Shown piece after piece: positions 1 to 10,989 of a stretch of 64,000 bases of DNA. Under the pieces are notes generated by a model. The model made no database searches. It saw nothing but the letters and a program-made list of their open reading frames with translations, and was not told the DNA's origin. A program made the translations under genes and the position numbers. Source of the DNA: an uncultured cyanobacterium (GTDB lineage Bacteria > Cyanobacteriota > Cyanobacteriia > Cyanobacteriales > CAWCAG01); the NCBI GenBank assembly GCA_963803805.1, contig CAWDOD010000003.1, positions 448,001 to 512,000 on the forward strand. Reading direction: 5' to 3'. Position 1 is the first letter of the stretch, and each line of letters opens with the position of its first letter.

Positions 1-2
1 AA

Positions 3-314
3 GTCATTTTAGAAATGAATTTGCTCACCGATACGCAAAAGCAGCTTGCCGCAGAAATTGCTATGGATGCGGGGGCAGCTTATTTGAAAACAAATACAGG
101 TTGGTTTGGGGGGGCAACCACCGAAGATGTTCGCTTACTCAGAGCAATTACCAAAGGGCAAGTAGGTATTAAAGCTTCTGGAGGCATCCGTACCATACAG
201 CAAGCTTTGCAATTAATTGAGGCTGGGGCGACTCGCTTAGGTACTTCTCGTGGTATCAGTATTTTGCAACAACGGGACAGTGGAGAAGAGCTAAAGCATC
301 AAAATGATACATAA
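3..314 (+). CDS. deoC: Deoxyribose-phosphate aldolase, 5' truncated by window edge
   Basis: VILE...YLKTNTG and [10 protein letters not shown]...GATRLGTS motifs; frame open to the window start. Confidence 0.92.
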   Translation, partial: VILEMNLLTDTQKQLAAEIAMDAGAAYLKTNTGWFGGATTEDVRLLRAITKGQVGIKASGGIRTIQQALQLIEAGATRLGTSRGISILQQRDSGEELKHQNDT

Positions 315-320
315 TGAGTA

Positions 321-1118
321 ATGAGTCGCACTTATAAAGCTACCGGAATTAATCTCAAAGGAATGCCCCTTGGAGAAACAGACCGTCTTATAACTGTTTT
401 AACACCGGAATATGGTTTAGTTAGGGCTGTTGTTCCTGGTGCGAGGAAACATAAATCTCGCCTGCGGGGGCGAAGCGAACTTTTTGTAGTTAATGAATTG
501 TTGATTGTTAAAGGGCGATCGCTCGATAAAATAACTCAAGCAGAAACCTTAGAATCTTATCCTGGTTTAAGTAAAGACTTGGGTAAGTTAATCGCTAGTC
601 AGTATATGGCTGAGTTAGTTCTCTATTTAGCTTTAAGTGAACAACCCCAACCAGAACTATACGAATTACTCAATGAACATCTGCGCCGCTTAGAAAAACT
701 TGCCACTTCCCCTAACTCCCTAGATTATCAGTTTTTGATTCTTTCCCATTTAGCTCATAGTCTATTCCATTTCTTGGTTTTAGCAGGTATAGGTCCTCAA
801 GTACAAAATTGTTGCGTCACTACAGAAGCAATCTCCCCAGAATTTAGTAACCTAGATTGGCAAGTAGGATTTAGTATTGAAGCAGGTGGAGTAGTTGATT
901 TGGGTTGTGAAAATAAACCCAAAATTGATAGTCGCCTCCGAAGTGAAGAATTATTTTTCCTGCAACAACTTCCTGAACCAGAGTTAAAACCCTACTCTTT
1001 TAACTCTTCGTTTAACAGTATTTGGTTGAAAATAGAGGTGCTTTTACGGAATTACGCCCAATATCATTGCGGTAAACCCATCCGTTCTGCGGATTTAATA
1101 GATACTTTATTTCCCTAG
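321..1118 (+). CDS. recO: DNA repair protein RecO
   Basis: N-terminal [28 protein letters not shown]-fold; deoC-recO order typical of cyanobacteria. Confidence 0.92.
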   Translation: MSRTYKATGINLKGMPLGETDRLITVLTPEYGLVRAVVPGARKHKSRLRGRSELFVVNELLIVKGRSLDKITQAETLESYPGLSKDLGKLIASQYMAELVLYLALSEQPQPELYELLNEHLRRLEKLATSPNSLDYQFLILSHLAHSLFHFLVLAGIGPQVQNCCVTTEAISPEFSNLDWQVGFSIEAGGVVDLGCENKPKIDSRLRSEELFFLQQLPEPELKPYSFNSSFNSIWLKIEVLLRNYAQYHCGKPIRSADLIDTLFP

Positions 1119-1194
1119 AGTCTGCCACAATGAATATAAGTATTTATTAACTTAGCTATATTTTTATCGAATAGTAAGCTCCTAGAAGGAGACA

Positions 1195-2601
1195 ATGGGT
1201 ATTGTGAAAACTGAATTTGAACAAGAACAGTTACAAGAATTTGAGGGAGGAGAATCTAGGAGTGATGGCAATCTTATTCCAGAAGAAGATTTTCTTCGGC
1301 AAGGATTTAGTCCAGTCTTAAAAAATGCTCGTTTCTTAGTTCTATGGGGCGGACAAATATTTTCTCAGCTAGCAGATAAAGTTTATTTAGTTTTGATGAT
1401 TGCCATCATTGCTAGCAATTTTCAAAGGTCTGATCAAACCATTAGTGGTTGGGTTTCTGCTATTATGATCGCCTTTACAGTCCCGGCGATCCTTTTTGGT
1501 TCTTTGGCAGGGGTTTATGTAGATCGCTGGTCTAAAAAAGGGGTTTTGGTAATTACTAACCTACTGCGGGGAGGATTGGTTTTAACCTTACCTCCCTTAC
1601 TGTGGCTATCGCGGGACTTACACCCCATATTGAACTTGCCTGTGGGCTTCTGGCTGCTTTTAGGAGTAACTTTTTTGGTGTCTACCTTAACCCAGTTCTT
1701 TGCTCCTGCTGAACAAACCGCAATTCCCTTAATCGTCGAACGCCAAGATTTGCTTCCAGCCAACTCCCTTTATACCACTACGATGATGGTTCTCTTAATT
1801 ATTGGTTTTGCTGTGGGAGAGCCTTTATTAGGGCTTACAGACGAGCTTATTAAGAATTTGGGACTATCTTGGGATTTTGGCAAAGAATTATTAGTTGGTG
1901 GTGCTTATGTAATTGCCGGAGTTATCTTGCTACTATTAAACACCGGAGAACAAAAACCAGAACAAGAAACCGAACAGCCCCATGTATTTCAAGATATTTG
2001 GGATGGTATTCTTTACCTCAAGAAAAATCACCTTGTCCGCAATGCTTTAATACAACTCGTAATTCTCTTCTCTGTTTTTGCTGCTTTAGCTGTCTTAGCT
2101 GTTCGTTTAGCGGAAATGCTTCCTGAATTAGAAGCCGATCAATTTGGCTTTCTCTTAGCGTCTGGTGGCTTAGGTATGGCTGTGGGTGCAGGAATACTAG
2201 GTAATTGGGGGCAGCGTTTTTCTCGCTCTGATTTGGGTTTATTGGGTTCTTTTGGTGTCTCTGCTTGTTTAATCGGTTTAGCTATATTCACCAACTCACT
2301 TTGGCTTACTTTAGTCATTATTGCCTTATTAGGAGTATTTGCCGCTTTAGTAGGTATACCGATGCAAACCACGATTCAAGCAGAAACACCAGAAGAGATG
2401 CGGGGTAAGGTCTTCGGCTTACAAAACAATGCTATTAATATTGCTTTGAGTTTGCCTTTAGCTTTAGCAGGAGTAGCCGAAACTATCTTCGGTTTACAAC
2501 CAGTATTTCTATCTTTAGCGATTTTAGCTCTTACAGGAGGACTCTTAACCTGGTATATTTCCGGTAAAGGCTCTGTTCAGTCAACGGAAGCTCACCAATA
2601 A
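1195..2601 (+). CDS. MFS transporter
   Basis: About 12 hydrophobic segments; GVYVDRWSKK motif A and PEEMRGKV motif. Confidence 0.88.
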   Translation: MGIVKTEFEQEQLQEFEGGESRSDGNLIPEEDFLRQGFSPVLKNARFLVLWGGQIFSQLADKVYLVLMIAIIASNFQRSDQTISGWVSAIMIAFTVPAILFGSLAGVYVDRWSKKGVLVITNLLRGGLVLTLPPLLWLSRDLHPILNLPVGFWLLLGVTFLVSTLTQFFAPAEQTAIPLIVERQDLLPANSLYTTTMMVLLIIGFAVGEPLLGLTDELIKNLGLSWDFGKELLVGGAYVIAGVILLLLNTGEQKPEQETEQPHVFQDIWDGILYLKKNHLVRNALIQLVILFSVFAALAVLAVRLAEMLPELEADQFGFLLASGGLGMAVGAGILGNWGQRFSRSDLGLLGSFGVSACLIGLAIFTNSLWLTLVIIALLGVFAALVGIPMQTTIQAETPEEMRGKVFGLQNNAINIALSLPLALAGVAETIFGLQPVFLSLAILALTGGLLTWYISGKGSVQSTEAHQ

Positions 2602-2630
2602 AGTTAAACTTCTCAGACTCGATTACCTGA

Positions 2631-3785
2631 ATGCATATCGCTTGGTTAGGAAAAAAATCTCCCTTTTGTGGCAACGTCACCTACAGTCGAGAAATCACTA
2701 ACGCCCTACTAGAAGCAGGAGAGCAAGTTAGTTTCTTGCATTTTGCTCAACAACCATCTCACTACCAAGATTGGCCTCTTTGTCAAGAAGTTGTTTTACC
2801 TTGTCTCTACAAATCTCAGGTTTATACCATTCCTACTCCTAAATCGAGTAAAATTCTTACTCAAGCTTTAGAAAAACTCAAACCGGATTTAGTACATGCT
2901 TCCCTAACTCTTTCCCCTTTGGATTTCCGTTTACCAGAAATTTGTGCTGAACTTAATGTACCTTTAATCGCTACTTTTCACCCGGCTTTTGATAGTAAGC
3001 TACGCAACCTGAAATCTAGTACTCAGTTTCTCACCTATCAACTTTATGCTCCTTTTTTGGCTCATTATGAGCAGGTAATTATTTTCTCGCAAATTCAAAA
3101 GGATTTATTGATGAAATTGGGAGTACCTAAAGAGAAATTAGCCGTAATTCCTAATGGTGTAGATGTCAAAAAGTATTGTCCTGGTTACTCTAACTTCAAG
3201 TCAAAGTTAAAGGCTAAACGGCTGTTTGTTTACCAAGGTAGAGTTTCCACAGAAAAGAATGTTGAGGCGATGCTCAAAGCCTGGAAACATTGTAATTTAG
3301 GAGAACAATGCAAACTAGCTATTATTGGAGATGGCCCTTTAGTGCCTTATTTGAAGCAGTTTTATCATCAAGAACAGGGCATTATTTGGTTAGGTTACAT
3401 TGAGGATGAACAAAGACGCATTGAGATTTTACGAGCAGCAGATGTGTTTATTTTGCCTTCATTAATAGAGGGTTTATCTTTATCTCTATTAGAAGCAATG
3501 GCTTGTGGTGTAGCTTGTCTAGCCACAGATGCAGGGGCTGATGGGGAAGTGATTGCAGATGGTGCAGGGGTAATTCTTAGTACCCAAGGGGTAACAACTC
3601 AATTGAAGACTTTATTGCCTCTATTTAAAGAGCAACCAGAGTTAAGCCAAGTGCTGGGACAAAAGGGACGACAGAGAGTTTTGCAACGCTACACTTTGAG
3701 CCAAAATATCATCCACATCAAGGAGCTGTATTGCCAGGTACTTTCTCATCAATCCACTCCTTTCGTCAGTAATCAAGTTTCTTAA
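2631..3785 (+). CDS. Glycosyltransferase family 4
   Basis: IPNGVD, GRVSTEKN, EGLSLSLLEAMACG GT-B signature. Confidence 0.9.
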   Translation: MHIAWLGKKSPFCGNVTYSREITNALLEAGEQVSFLHFAQQPSHYQDWPLCQEVVLPCLYKSQVYTIPTPKSSKILTQALEKLKPDLVHASLTLSPLDFRLPEICAELNVPLIATFHPAFDSKLRNLKSSTQFLTYQLYAPFLAHYEQVIIFSQIQKDLLMKLGVPKEKLAVIPNGVDVKKYCPGYSNFKSKLKAKRLFVYQGRVSTEKNVEAMLKAWKHCNLGEQCKLAIIGDGPLVPYLKQFYHQEQGIIWLGYIEDEQRRIEILRAADVFILPSLIEGLSLSLLEAMACGVACLATDAGADGEVIADGAGVILSTQGVTTQLKTLLPLFKEQPELSQVLGQKGRQRVLQRYTLSQNIIHIKELYCQVLSHQSTPFVSNQVS

Positions 3786-3906
3786 GCGAAATAAAAAAAC
3801 ACTGAGCCAAAAGTGATTTGCTAATTGCTAGCGGCTAGCCGCTAGTTGCTAAAATCTGAAGATAAAGATTAGGTCAATAGATTGAAACTAGAGAACATTT
3901 GTATAA

Positions 3907-3979
3907 TACCCCCAAGGGAATTCGAATCCCTGTCGCCTCCGTGAAAGGGAGGTGTCCTAGGCCTCTAGACGATGGGGGC
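3907..3979 (-). tRNA. trnE: tRNA-Glu(UUC)
   Basis: Reverse complement GCCCCCATCGTCTAGAGGCCTAGGACACCTCCCTTTCACGGAGGCGACAGGGATTCGAATTCCCTTGGGGGTA; cloverleaf, TTC anticodon, no encoded CCA. Confidence 0.96.
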
Positions 3980-4082
3980 CTGTTTTGTTCGCACAGTTTA
4001 TAACTATAGCCACTTTTTTTGCTTTTGTCAAGTGTTAGGCAAAAAATTTGCTGCTAAACCAACTATCTAACTTTGGTGTTTC

Positions 4083-4628
4083 TTATCTTCCTAGTCTCAA
4101 CTGTGCTAATTTCTGTTGAGCTTGTGGATTTAAAGAATTAACCAAAAAGCGACCTCTAGATTGTTTCTGAGGTCGTTTCTTGCTTTTTACTTTACTCTCT
4201 ATCAAATTTACATCTTGATTTAAGCCTTGAGCAGACATCCATTCAGCACCATAACCAACTACAGTTAATTGTTGCGCTCGGTCAGAAGTTGCCACAATTA
4301 AGCGAGAACGAAAGCAGTTGGGGTGATGTTGAAAAGAAGCACAGATTTTTTCTATGTAAGTATCTGCTGTTTGGGCGAAATCAGTGTAATAAGCTGATAA
4401 ATAAGAAGTATATACTTGGCGATGAGCGCGAGTGTTTTGATAATGAGCATCAAAAACAACTTGAGTCTCAAAACCCTGGAAAGAACTGTAATTAACTAAA
4501 GTCTCAATAAGTTCGTGACGAGCTGCGTCCATATCATGTCTTTTACAGGTCTGCTGCAAAGAAGACCAAGCACCAATGATATTGTAGCCGTCAACTAGTA
4601 AGCGGGCTGGGTATGAAGAACGGGGCAT
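4083..4628 (-). CDS. yacP: NYN-domain RNase, YacP/Rae1 family
   Basis: LLVDGYNIIG, VVFDA, TADTYIE, VATSD motifs. Confidence 0.85.
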   Translation of the reverse strand: MPRSSYPARLLVDGYNIIGAWSSLQQTCKRHDMDAARHELIETLVNYSSFQGFETQVVFDAHYQNTRAHRQVYTSYLSAYYTDFAQTADTYIEKICASFQHHPNCFRSRLIVATSDRAQQLTVVGYGAEWMSAQGLNQDVNLIESKVKSKKRPQKQSRGRFLVNSLNPQAQQKLAQLRLGR

Positions 4629-4761
4629 TGTCTTAGCACGAAGTTAGTTTCATAGATTTCTCTTGTCATTGTATCGGCAAATGTTAATACAAAGTAATAT
4701 TTAGTTGAGTGCTAACCGCTAATCGCTAATTGAAATGAGATTTCTAGACTAAACTGAATAT

Positions 4762-5427
4762 CTAATACTTTTTGCCCATGAGTTTTTTTTTCAAGCGTTC
4801 GGGATCTCCTTTGTCAACGACTTTTCCTCCTTCTAAAAGGAAAGCGCCATCACAGTAGTCAAGTTCATCTAGGCGGTGAGTAACCCACAAAGCTGTTAAA
4901 CAACGACTTTTGACTAATTTGCGTACCTGGGCTACTAACTCCAATTGAGTGTCCGCATCTAACAAAGCTGTAGGCTCATCTAAGAGGAGAATTTCACACT
5001 GGCGGGCGATCGCACCAGCAATGGCAATGCGCTGTTTTTGCCCTCCACTAAGAGCATAGATAGGCCGTCTTTGTAAAAGCTGTAAATTAACCGCTACAAG
5101 AGCTTCTTGAACTCTAGCGCGGACTTGTGAAGGAGTAAGATTTTCTTCTACTAAACCGAAAGCGACATCTGCTCCTACTGTAGGCATTACCAACTGATGG
5201 TCAGGGTTTTGAAAAACGAAACCTACAGGTGAGGTGACTTCCATTTCTCCTCCTTGAAAAGCCAATAATCTAGCTATCAATCTTAAAAGAGTAGATTTCC
5301 CACTCCCGTTTGTACCTAAAAGCATCCAAAATTCTCCTTTAGGTACTTCTAGGGAGCAATCGGACAAAACGGAACTGCCGTTTTGCCAACTAAACTGTAG
5401 GTTTTTAATTTTGATTGCTGAGTTCAT
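4762..5427 (-). CDS. ABC ATP-binding protein (EcfA/CbiO-like)
   Basis: GTNGSGKS Walker A, FQNPD Q-loop, LSGGQ, LLDEPT. Confidence 0.9.
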   Translation of the reverse strand: MNSAIKIKNLQFSWQNGSSVLSDCSLEVPKGEFWMLLGTNGSGKSTLLRLIARLLAFQGGEMEVTSPVGFVFQNPDHQLVMPTVGADVAFGLVEENLTPSQVRARVQEALVAVNLQLLQRRPIYALSGGQKQRIAIAGAIARQCEILLLDEPTALLDADTQLELVAQVRKLVKSRCLTALWVTHRLDELDYCDGAFLLEGGKVVDKGDPERLKKKLMGKKY

Positions 5428-5524
5428 CAGTTATTTAGGGTAGAGGTAGGCAGTAAGTGCAATTATCAAAATCAGCCAGATCTCCACTTTGAAACCCCTG
5501 CCTGTAAATTAGATATCGAGAATT

Positions 5525-5794
5525 TCAAGAATCAGCTACAGCAAAGAAACCGGGGGCGCGTCCTGACATCGTTGCGCCGGACTTCTGAGAAATAATCACA
5601 GCACTAATTTGATCGCTGAAAACAGCAATTTTTTTATCTGGCTGTTTTTCACAGGTAAGTTCTAGTAGCTGTGCCTGGGAGGCTTTCATCGCTGTTGTCA
5701 CCTCTTGGTAAAGTTTTTCTGCTCCTTCTAGCTCTTTTCTCTGTACTGACAGGGGTACGGGAGTATACTTTACGGTCAAATCAATAGTAAACAT
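5525..5794 (-). CDS. Conserved cyanobacterial hypothetical protein
   Basis: 89 aa, co-oriented directly upstream of the ABC gene; PLSVQRK...LELTCEKQ...PGF pattern. Confidence 0.7.
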   Translation of the reverse strand: MFTIDLTVKYTPVPLSVQRKELEGAEKLYQEVTTAMKASQAQLLELTCEKQPDKKIAVFSDQISAVIISQKSGATMSGRAPGFFAVADS

Positions 5795-6077
5795 TTAATC
5801 TTAACTTTGTGTAGGACTTCTATCTTTGATTATGGAATATTAAGGAGGCATTTTGGGATTCATCCTGGAGTTACCAACATCTCCTACCAAATAATTTTAA
5901 CTTTTGTTAAGATTATCCCTGGAAAAATGAGAAATTTTCCCTATAATGTATTTATTAGATAAAGAAAAGTAAATTTTGTATCTTTTATCTCTCATAATCT
6001 GCTTGCAAAGCCATGAATTAAGGAGAGTAGATACAAAAACTTAACTTTCGCCCTTATAAATTTTAGAGATTCACACT

Positions 6078-7136
6078 ATGACAATAGCAGTGGGACGCGC
6101 AACAGAACAGAGAGGATGGTTTGACATCCTCGATGACTGGTTAAAGCGCGACCGATTCGTATTCGTAGGCTGGTCAGGAATACTCTTATTTCCCTGTGCC
6201 TACCTAGCATTAGGAGGATGGTTAACAGGAACCACCTTCGTCACCTCATGGTACACTCACGGTCTAGCCAGTTCCTACCTAGAAGGCTGTAACTTCCTAA
6301 CCGTAGCCGTATCAACCCCAGCAGACACCATGGGACACTCCCTACTCTTCTTGTGGGGACCAGAGGCTCAGTGGAACTTCACCCGCTGGTGTCAACTAGG
6401 AGGATTATGGTCATTTGTAGCTTTCCATGGTGCATTTGGCTTAATCGGCTTCATGTTACGGCAGTTTGAAATTGCCCGCCTAGTGGGAATCCGTCCTTAT
6501 AATGCCCTAGCCTTTAGTGGACCTATCGCTGTCTTCGTCAGTGTCTTTTTAATGTATCCCTTGGGACAATCAAGCTGGTTTTTTGCCCCTAGTTTTGGAG
6601 TAGCAGGAATCTTCCGCTTTATCTTGTTCTTCCAAGGATTCCACAACTGGACATTGAACCCGTTTCATATGATGGGAGTAGCAGGAATATTGGGTGGAGC
6701 CTTACTTTGTGCCATTCATGGAGCTACAGTAGAAAACACTCTGTTTGAAGATGGGGAAGCCTCAAACACCTTTAGAGCGTTCAACCCAACCCAAGCAGAA
6801 GAAACCTACAGTATGGTGACAGCAAACCGTTTCTGGTCACAGATATTCGGAATTGCCTTTTCCAACAAGCGTTGGTTACACTTTTTCATGCTGTTTGTCC
6901 CCGTAACCGGATTATGGATGAGTGCGGTGGGAGTAGTAGGTTTAGCAGTGAACCTGCGGGCCTATGACTTTGTATCCCAGGAGATACGTGCAGCAGAAGA
7001 TCCAGAGTTTGAAACGTTCTACACGAAGAACATTTTATTAAATGAAGGTCTTAGAGCGTGGTTAGCGCCTCAAGACCAACCCCATAAACAATTTGAGTTC
7101 CCAGAGGAGGTACTACCTCGCGGTAACGCTCTGTAA
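6078..7136 (+). CDS. psbD: Photosystem II D2 protein, monocistronic copy (no psbC follows)
   Basis: [16 protein letters not shown]...[10 protein letters not shown], 352 aa. Confidence 0.98.
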   Translation: MTIAVGRATEQRGWFDILDDWLKRDRFVFVGWSGILLFPCAYLALGGWLTGTTFVTSWYTHGLASSYLEGCNFLTVAVSTPADTMGHSLLFLWGPEAQWNFTRWCQLGGLWSFVAFHGAFGLIGFMLRQFEIARLVGIRPYNALAFSGPIAVFVSVFLMYPLGQSSWFFAPSFGVAGIFRFILFFQGFHNWTLNPFHMMGVAGILGGALLCAIHGATVENTLFEDGEASNTFRAFNPTQAEETYSMVTANRFWSQIFGIAFSNKRWLHFFMLFVPVTGLWMSAVGVVGLAVNLRAYDFVSQEIRAAEDPEFETFYTKNILLNEGLRAWLAPQDQPHKQFEFPEEVLPRGNAL

Positions 7137-7153
7137 AGGAATTTCTTAATAGC

Positions 7154-7187
7154 TAAAGGAGGAATGAGTTTTTATATTCCTCCTTTA
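7154..7187 (+). terminator. psbD terminator hairpin abutting the IS982 end
   Basis: TAAAGGAGGAAT-N10-ATTCCTCCTTTA, perfect 12-bp stem 17 nt after the psbD stop. Confidence 0.75.
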
Positions 7188-8200
7188 ACGTGAGTTCGAT
7201 GAAGTTAAAAAACAGCAGAAGGAAGTTCAGCTAGGCCTTTGGGGTCAAGGTCAAGGGAAGGCTTTTTGGGCAAGAAAGTATAAGCGATTAGACCAGCTAA
7301 GAGATTAACCAAAAAATTCCAAACGCTACGGTGTCTTGAATGCTGAATCTGACAGATATTCTTGAGCTGGTCATTAACAGTCTCAATCAGAGAACGCTTA
7401 CGTAGGAGAATCTTATCCTGAAGACGCATTAACTTCGGCTTCATATTTTTCTTGCGGTGTGTAATCAGTTGTAGTCTTTGTTCATAGAGTTTCTCAAACA
7501 AATCCTGAGAAATATAACCTCGGTCGCCAAATAACTTACCAATCAAGCCATCAGCCATATCTGGCACAGGGTTACGGTCATCAGTATTACCCTCTGTAAG
7601 TTTGAAAGCAAGCAGCTCACCTTTGTCATTAATAATTAGATGTAGCTTGAAGCCATAATGCCATCCCATAGCATTTTTGCCCCAACCTACCAAACCTTCA
7701 AAAACACGGTGGCTTTTGGAGCGATTCGGGTGGCAGACCTCAATGGGGGTAGAATCAATAAAGCTGATGCCGGTAATTTCTCCTCGAAGAGTATGTAGAA
7801 AACAGCAAAGAAGCATTAAGCTCCACGGCATTAGCTCTACGAATCGAGTGTAACTGACCAAGTTGGGAAAAGCTTTCTTCCAGTAAGGCAAGACTTGTAG
7901 AGTGTAAAATTCTTTAAAAGTGCGAAATCCCGAACCATGAAAGGCAATGACAATGGTCATCACTTCGCTTAGGCTTAGGCGGGAGCGACATAGACGCTCT
8001 CCACAAGTTGCTGTTAACATTGGCTGTTGTTGCCAATGCCTCTCAAACCTTTGATAAAAGTCATCTACCTGACAGAATATTTGGGTGATATCGAGACGAG
8101 ATACAATATTGGACATAGCATCAGATTCTGATTAAGATTCATTTTCAGCATACCTCTGATGCTTTTCTTTTCTCTCTTTTTCCTCCGTCGAACTCACGTT
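7187..8200 (-). mobile_element. IS982-family insertion sequence, copy 1 (1014 bp)
   Basis: Terminal inverted repeats AACGTGAGTTCGA / TCGAACTCACGTT; same sequence as 18008-19021. Confidence 0.92.
7205..8116 (-). CDS. IS982 DDE transposase
   Basis: FIDSTP, YGFKLHL, LFGDRGYI, RSLIETVNDQLK, HSRHRS motifs. Confidence 0.93.
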   Translation of the reverse strand: MSNIVSRLDITQIFCQVDDFYQRFERHWQQQPMLTATCGERLCRSRLSLSEVMTIVIAFHGSGFRTFKEFYTLQVLPYWKKAFPNLVSYTRFVELMPWSLMLLCCFLHTLRGEITGISFIDSTPIEVCHPNRSKSHRVFEGLVGWGKNAMGWHYGFKLHLIINDKGELLAFKLTEGNTDDRNPVPDMADGLIGKLFGDRGYISQDLFEKLYEQRLQLITHRKKNMKPKLMRLQDKILLRKRSLIETVNDQLKNICQIQHSRHRSVWNFLVNLLAGLIAYTFLPKKPSLDLDPKGLAELPSAVF

Positions 8201-8268
8201 CGTATAGTAGAAGATCCTAAGTTTGAAACGTTTAATTTTGTTTTGCTGATAGAGTATTAGAGCTATTT

Positions 8269-8692
8269 CTAGTCTATTACTTCTACCTCTGAGTATGTCT
8301 CTATCCAAACCTTTGCGCCATGTTTGTTGGGTTTGTGAGGGCTATAGATAATGTTACAAGGGACCTTTAATTTTTGCTTCATAACCAGAGGTATTTTTGT
8401 TTTCTTTGTTAACGCTGATTACTGGCTTAAACTCGTTGTTTTTGTAATTGCTAGCAATTTGATTTCTATTGACTTGGATAGTTGTTAGATCACGGGGACG
8501 AATTTTGACCCAACGAGGAGTAGGGCCTCTAGTACCACGAGAAACTCTCGGTTTGCCGCGATACAAAGGGATGGCCCAAGCTTTACCACTTTTATATGCT
8601 CCTTTGATTCGTCGTTGTTGAAGTAAGTAGACGACTCTTCGGGGAGTAACCTGCAAAATTTTGGCAGCTTTTTTGGTATCAACGAATTCCAT
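8269..8692 (-). pseudogene. HTH DNA-binding protein with a +1 frameshift near 8361
   Basis: MEFVDTKKAAKILQVTPRRV HTH; removing one base in the G run at 8360-8362 restores GPCNIIYSPHKPNKHGAKVWIETYSEVEVID*. Confidence 0.72.
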
Positions 8693-8904
8693 AGTCAAAT
8701 TTATTAAAAGAATACTTTTATAACTATTCCGCAAAAAATAATAACTCATAAGTAGATTTTTTAATCAGATTTTTACGAAAAGTATTTCAGGATCAATATG
8801 CGATCGCCCTCTGGTAAGGTTTGCCTAATCGCTAATCTTCTAAATTGTGTATTTCCTGTTAATCTGGATTTTGTATTGGTACTATTAACTTGAAGGAGAT
8901 AACC

Positions 8905-9354
8905 TTGGAAAGGACATTCGTAATGATTAAACCCGATGGAGTACAACGGAGTTTAGTAGGAGAAGTGGTTAAGCGATTAGAAACGAAAGGTTTTACCCTT
9001 GTGGGGCTGAAAATGATGGCAGTAAGTCGCGAACTAGCGGAGAAACACTATGATGTCCATAAGGAAAAAGCCTTTTTTAAAGGTTTGGTAGATTTTATTA
9101 CTTCTAGCCCTGTAGTAGCGACAGTGTGGGAAGGAGAAGGGGTTGTTGCTTCTGCCAGGAAAATTATTGGGGTAACAAATCCTCTATCGGCTGAACCTGG
9201 AACTATTCGCGGCGATTATGGTATTAGTATTGGTCGCAACCTTATTCATGGTTCAGATGCGGTAGAAACGGCTAGGGATGAGATTGCTTTGTGGTTTAAG
9301 GATGAGGAGTTAGTTAGCTGGGAACCGGCAACAAAGACTTGGTTATATGAGTAG
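8905..9354 (+). CDS. ndk: Nucleoside diphosphate kinase
   Basis: [31 protein letters not shown] start at 8905 behind AAGGAG. Confidence 0.95.
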   Translation: MERTFVMIKPDGVQRSLVGEVVKRLETKGFTLVGLKMMAVSRELAEKHYDVHKEKAFFKGLVDFITSSPVVATVWEGEGVVASARKIIGVTNPLSAEPGTIRGDYGISIGRNLIHGSDAVETARDEIALWFKDEELVSWEPATKTWLYE

Positions 9355-9378
9355 TTTTTAACTTTAGAGCAACAGGAT

Positions 9379-9442
9379 TATGGTGGGCAAATGTTTGCTA
9401 ACAAGTTTAATAATAAATTATCTTGTTTTTTGCCCACCCTAC
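9379..9442. repeat. GTAG-type REP-like palindrome between convergent ndk and glgA
   Basis: GGTGGGCAAA...TTTGCCCACCCTAC; same stem as 14827-14851. Confidence 0.7.
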
Positions 9443-9453
9443 GGGATTTTAAG

Positions 9454-10884
9454 CTATTTAGCTGTTTCTACTAACTCCTTATCAGACTCTGCAACAGTTT
9501 CTTCTTCTGGTGGTAAACCAAGAATTTCTCTGTACATCCTGTCATATTCGCGAGCAGATTTTTCCCAACTGAAGTTTTCTTCCATACCTCGTTTTTGCAA
9601 TTGCCCCCAAGCATTTTTGAAATGGAATGCTTCGGACGCTTTGACCATGCAGGTATATAAATCCAAAGGTTCATAGCGATCAAAGCAATAACCTGTACCA
9701 GTTTGGGCTACAGGATCATGGTAAGAAACTGTATCTACTAAACCCCCTGTCCGTCGGACGATCGGTACACAACCATAACGCATAGCTAACATTTGGCTAA
9801 TACCGCAGGGTTCAAAGCGAGAAGGCATTAAGAAGGCATCACTACCAGCGTAGATACGGCGGGAAAGAGCATCGTTGTAAAGTAACTGTACAGACATACG
9901 GCCAGGATAGCGAGAGGCCATTTCCCATAGTTGAGTTTCGTAGTAGCGATCGCCTGTTCCCAATAACAGGAATTGGGAGTCTGTGTAGGAAAGGAAGCGG
10001 TCTAAAATTTGCATAATTAGATCGATGCCTTTTTGGTCTACTAAGCGACTTACTAATCCCACTAAAAAGCTACTACTATTAACTTCTAAACCAACTTCTT
10101 CTTGGATTGCAACCTTGTTACGGCGACGTTTTTCTAAGCTATCAACATCAAATTTTTGTTCAATATATTTATCAGTAGCTGGATTATAACTATCAACATC
10201 AATTCCGTTAACAATACCCACTGTTTTACCACTGATAAAAGAAAGGAGTCCTTCTAACTTCTCTCCATATTCAGCAGTTTGAATTTGTTGGGCATAGGTA
10301 GGAGAAACTGTATTAACTCGGTCGGCAAATTGTACCGCAGCGGCCATGGTATTGTGACCTTGCATATACCAAGGACACCATGTCATCTGTTTTAAACGCC
10401 ACATCCAAGGCCCTTGATAAGCAAGGTTATGAATGGTGAAAACAGTACTAATATCAGGAGATTGGTGCATCCAAACCGGAATCATCCCTGTATGCCAATC
10501 GTGGCAATGGATAATTTGCGGTTTCCAATAGTTCCAACAAAATTCTGCTGCCCCATTAGCAAAAAGGGTAAAGCGCCAATCTTCATCCTCTCCCCCATAA
10601 ACACGACGGGGCAAAAAGGAAGGATGGCCAAATAAATATAGGGGAACTTCTGTTCCAGGCAAGACTGTCTCGTAAACAGAAAAACTCTGGAACATGGCAT
10701 TTCCTGACCAAACAGGTTCGTTGGGGATCTCTGTTTTGTCCGGCAAGAAGCCATAATAGGGCATAAATATCCGCACATCATGGCCCATATCTCGTAACAC
10801 TTTCGGCAGGGAACCCACCACATCTCCCATACCGCCCACTTTAGCTAAAGGCCCTGCTTCTGCCGCAACAAATAAGATTTGCAT
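9454..10884 (-). CDS. glgA: Glycogen synthase
   Basis: [36 protein letters not shown]. Confidence 0.96.
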   Translation of the reverse strand: MQILFVAAEAGPLAKVGGMGDVVGSLPKVLRDMGHDVRIFMPYYGFLPDKTEIPNEPVWSGNAMFQSFSVYETVLPGTEVPLYLFGHPSFLPRRVYGGEDEDWRFTLFANGAAEFCWNYWKPQIIHCHDWHTGMIPVWMHQSPDISTVFTIHNLAYQGPWMWRLKQMTWCPWYMQGHNTMAAAVQFADRVNTVSPTYAQQIQTAEYGEKLEGLLSFISGKTVGIVNGIDVDSYNPATDKYIEQKFDVDSLEKRRRNKVAIQEEVGLEVNSSSFLVGLVSRLVDQKGIDLIMQILDRFLSYTDSQFLLLGTGDRYYETQLWEMASRYPGRMSVQLLYNDALSRRIYAGSDAFLMPSRFEPCGISQMLAMRYGCVPIVRRTGGLVDTVSYHDPVAQTGTGYCFDRYEPLDLYTCMVKASEAFHFKNAWGQLQKRGMEENFSWEKSAREYDRMYREILGLPPEEETVAESDKELVETAK

Positions 10885-10989
10885 AGTTTGCTCTAGAGTT
10901 CTCCCAGCTTTCTTTTTATGAAGATTTTCTGCTTCGTCAGTTATTAATTATCAATTATCGACTACCAATTCTCAAGGACTCAAGGCAGA

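Noticed and set aside
3819..3853. Degenerate GCTA heptamer runs (also near 4710 and 22365) and 11-bp tandem duplications near 21353 and 55073
   Set aside because: Ordinary cyanobacterial STRR-type or slippage repeats with no further structure
3907..3979. tRNA-Glu as an island integration site
   Set aside because: No integrase and no duplicated tRNA 3' end seen; the flanks are core genes
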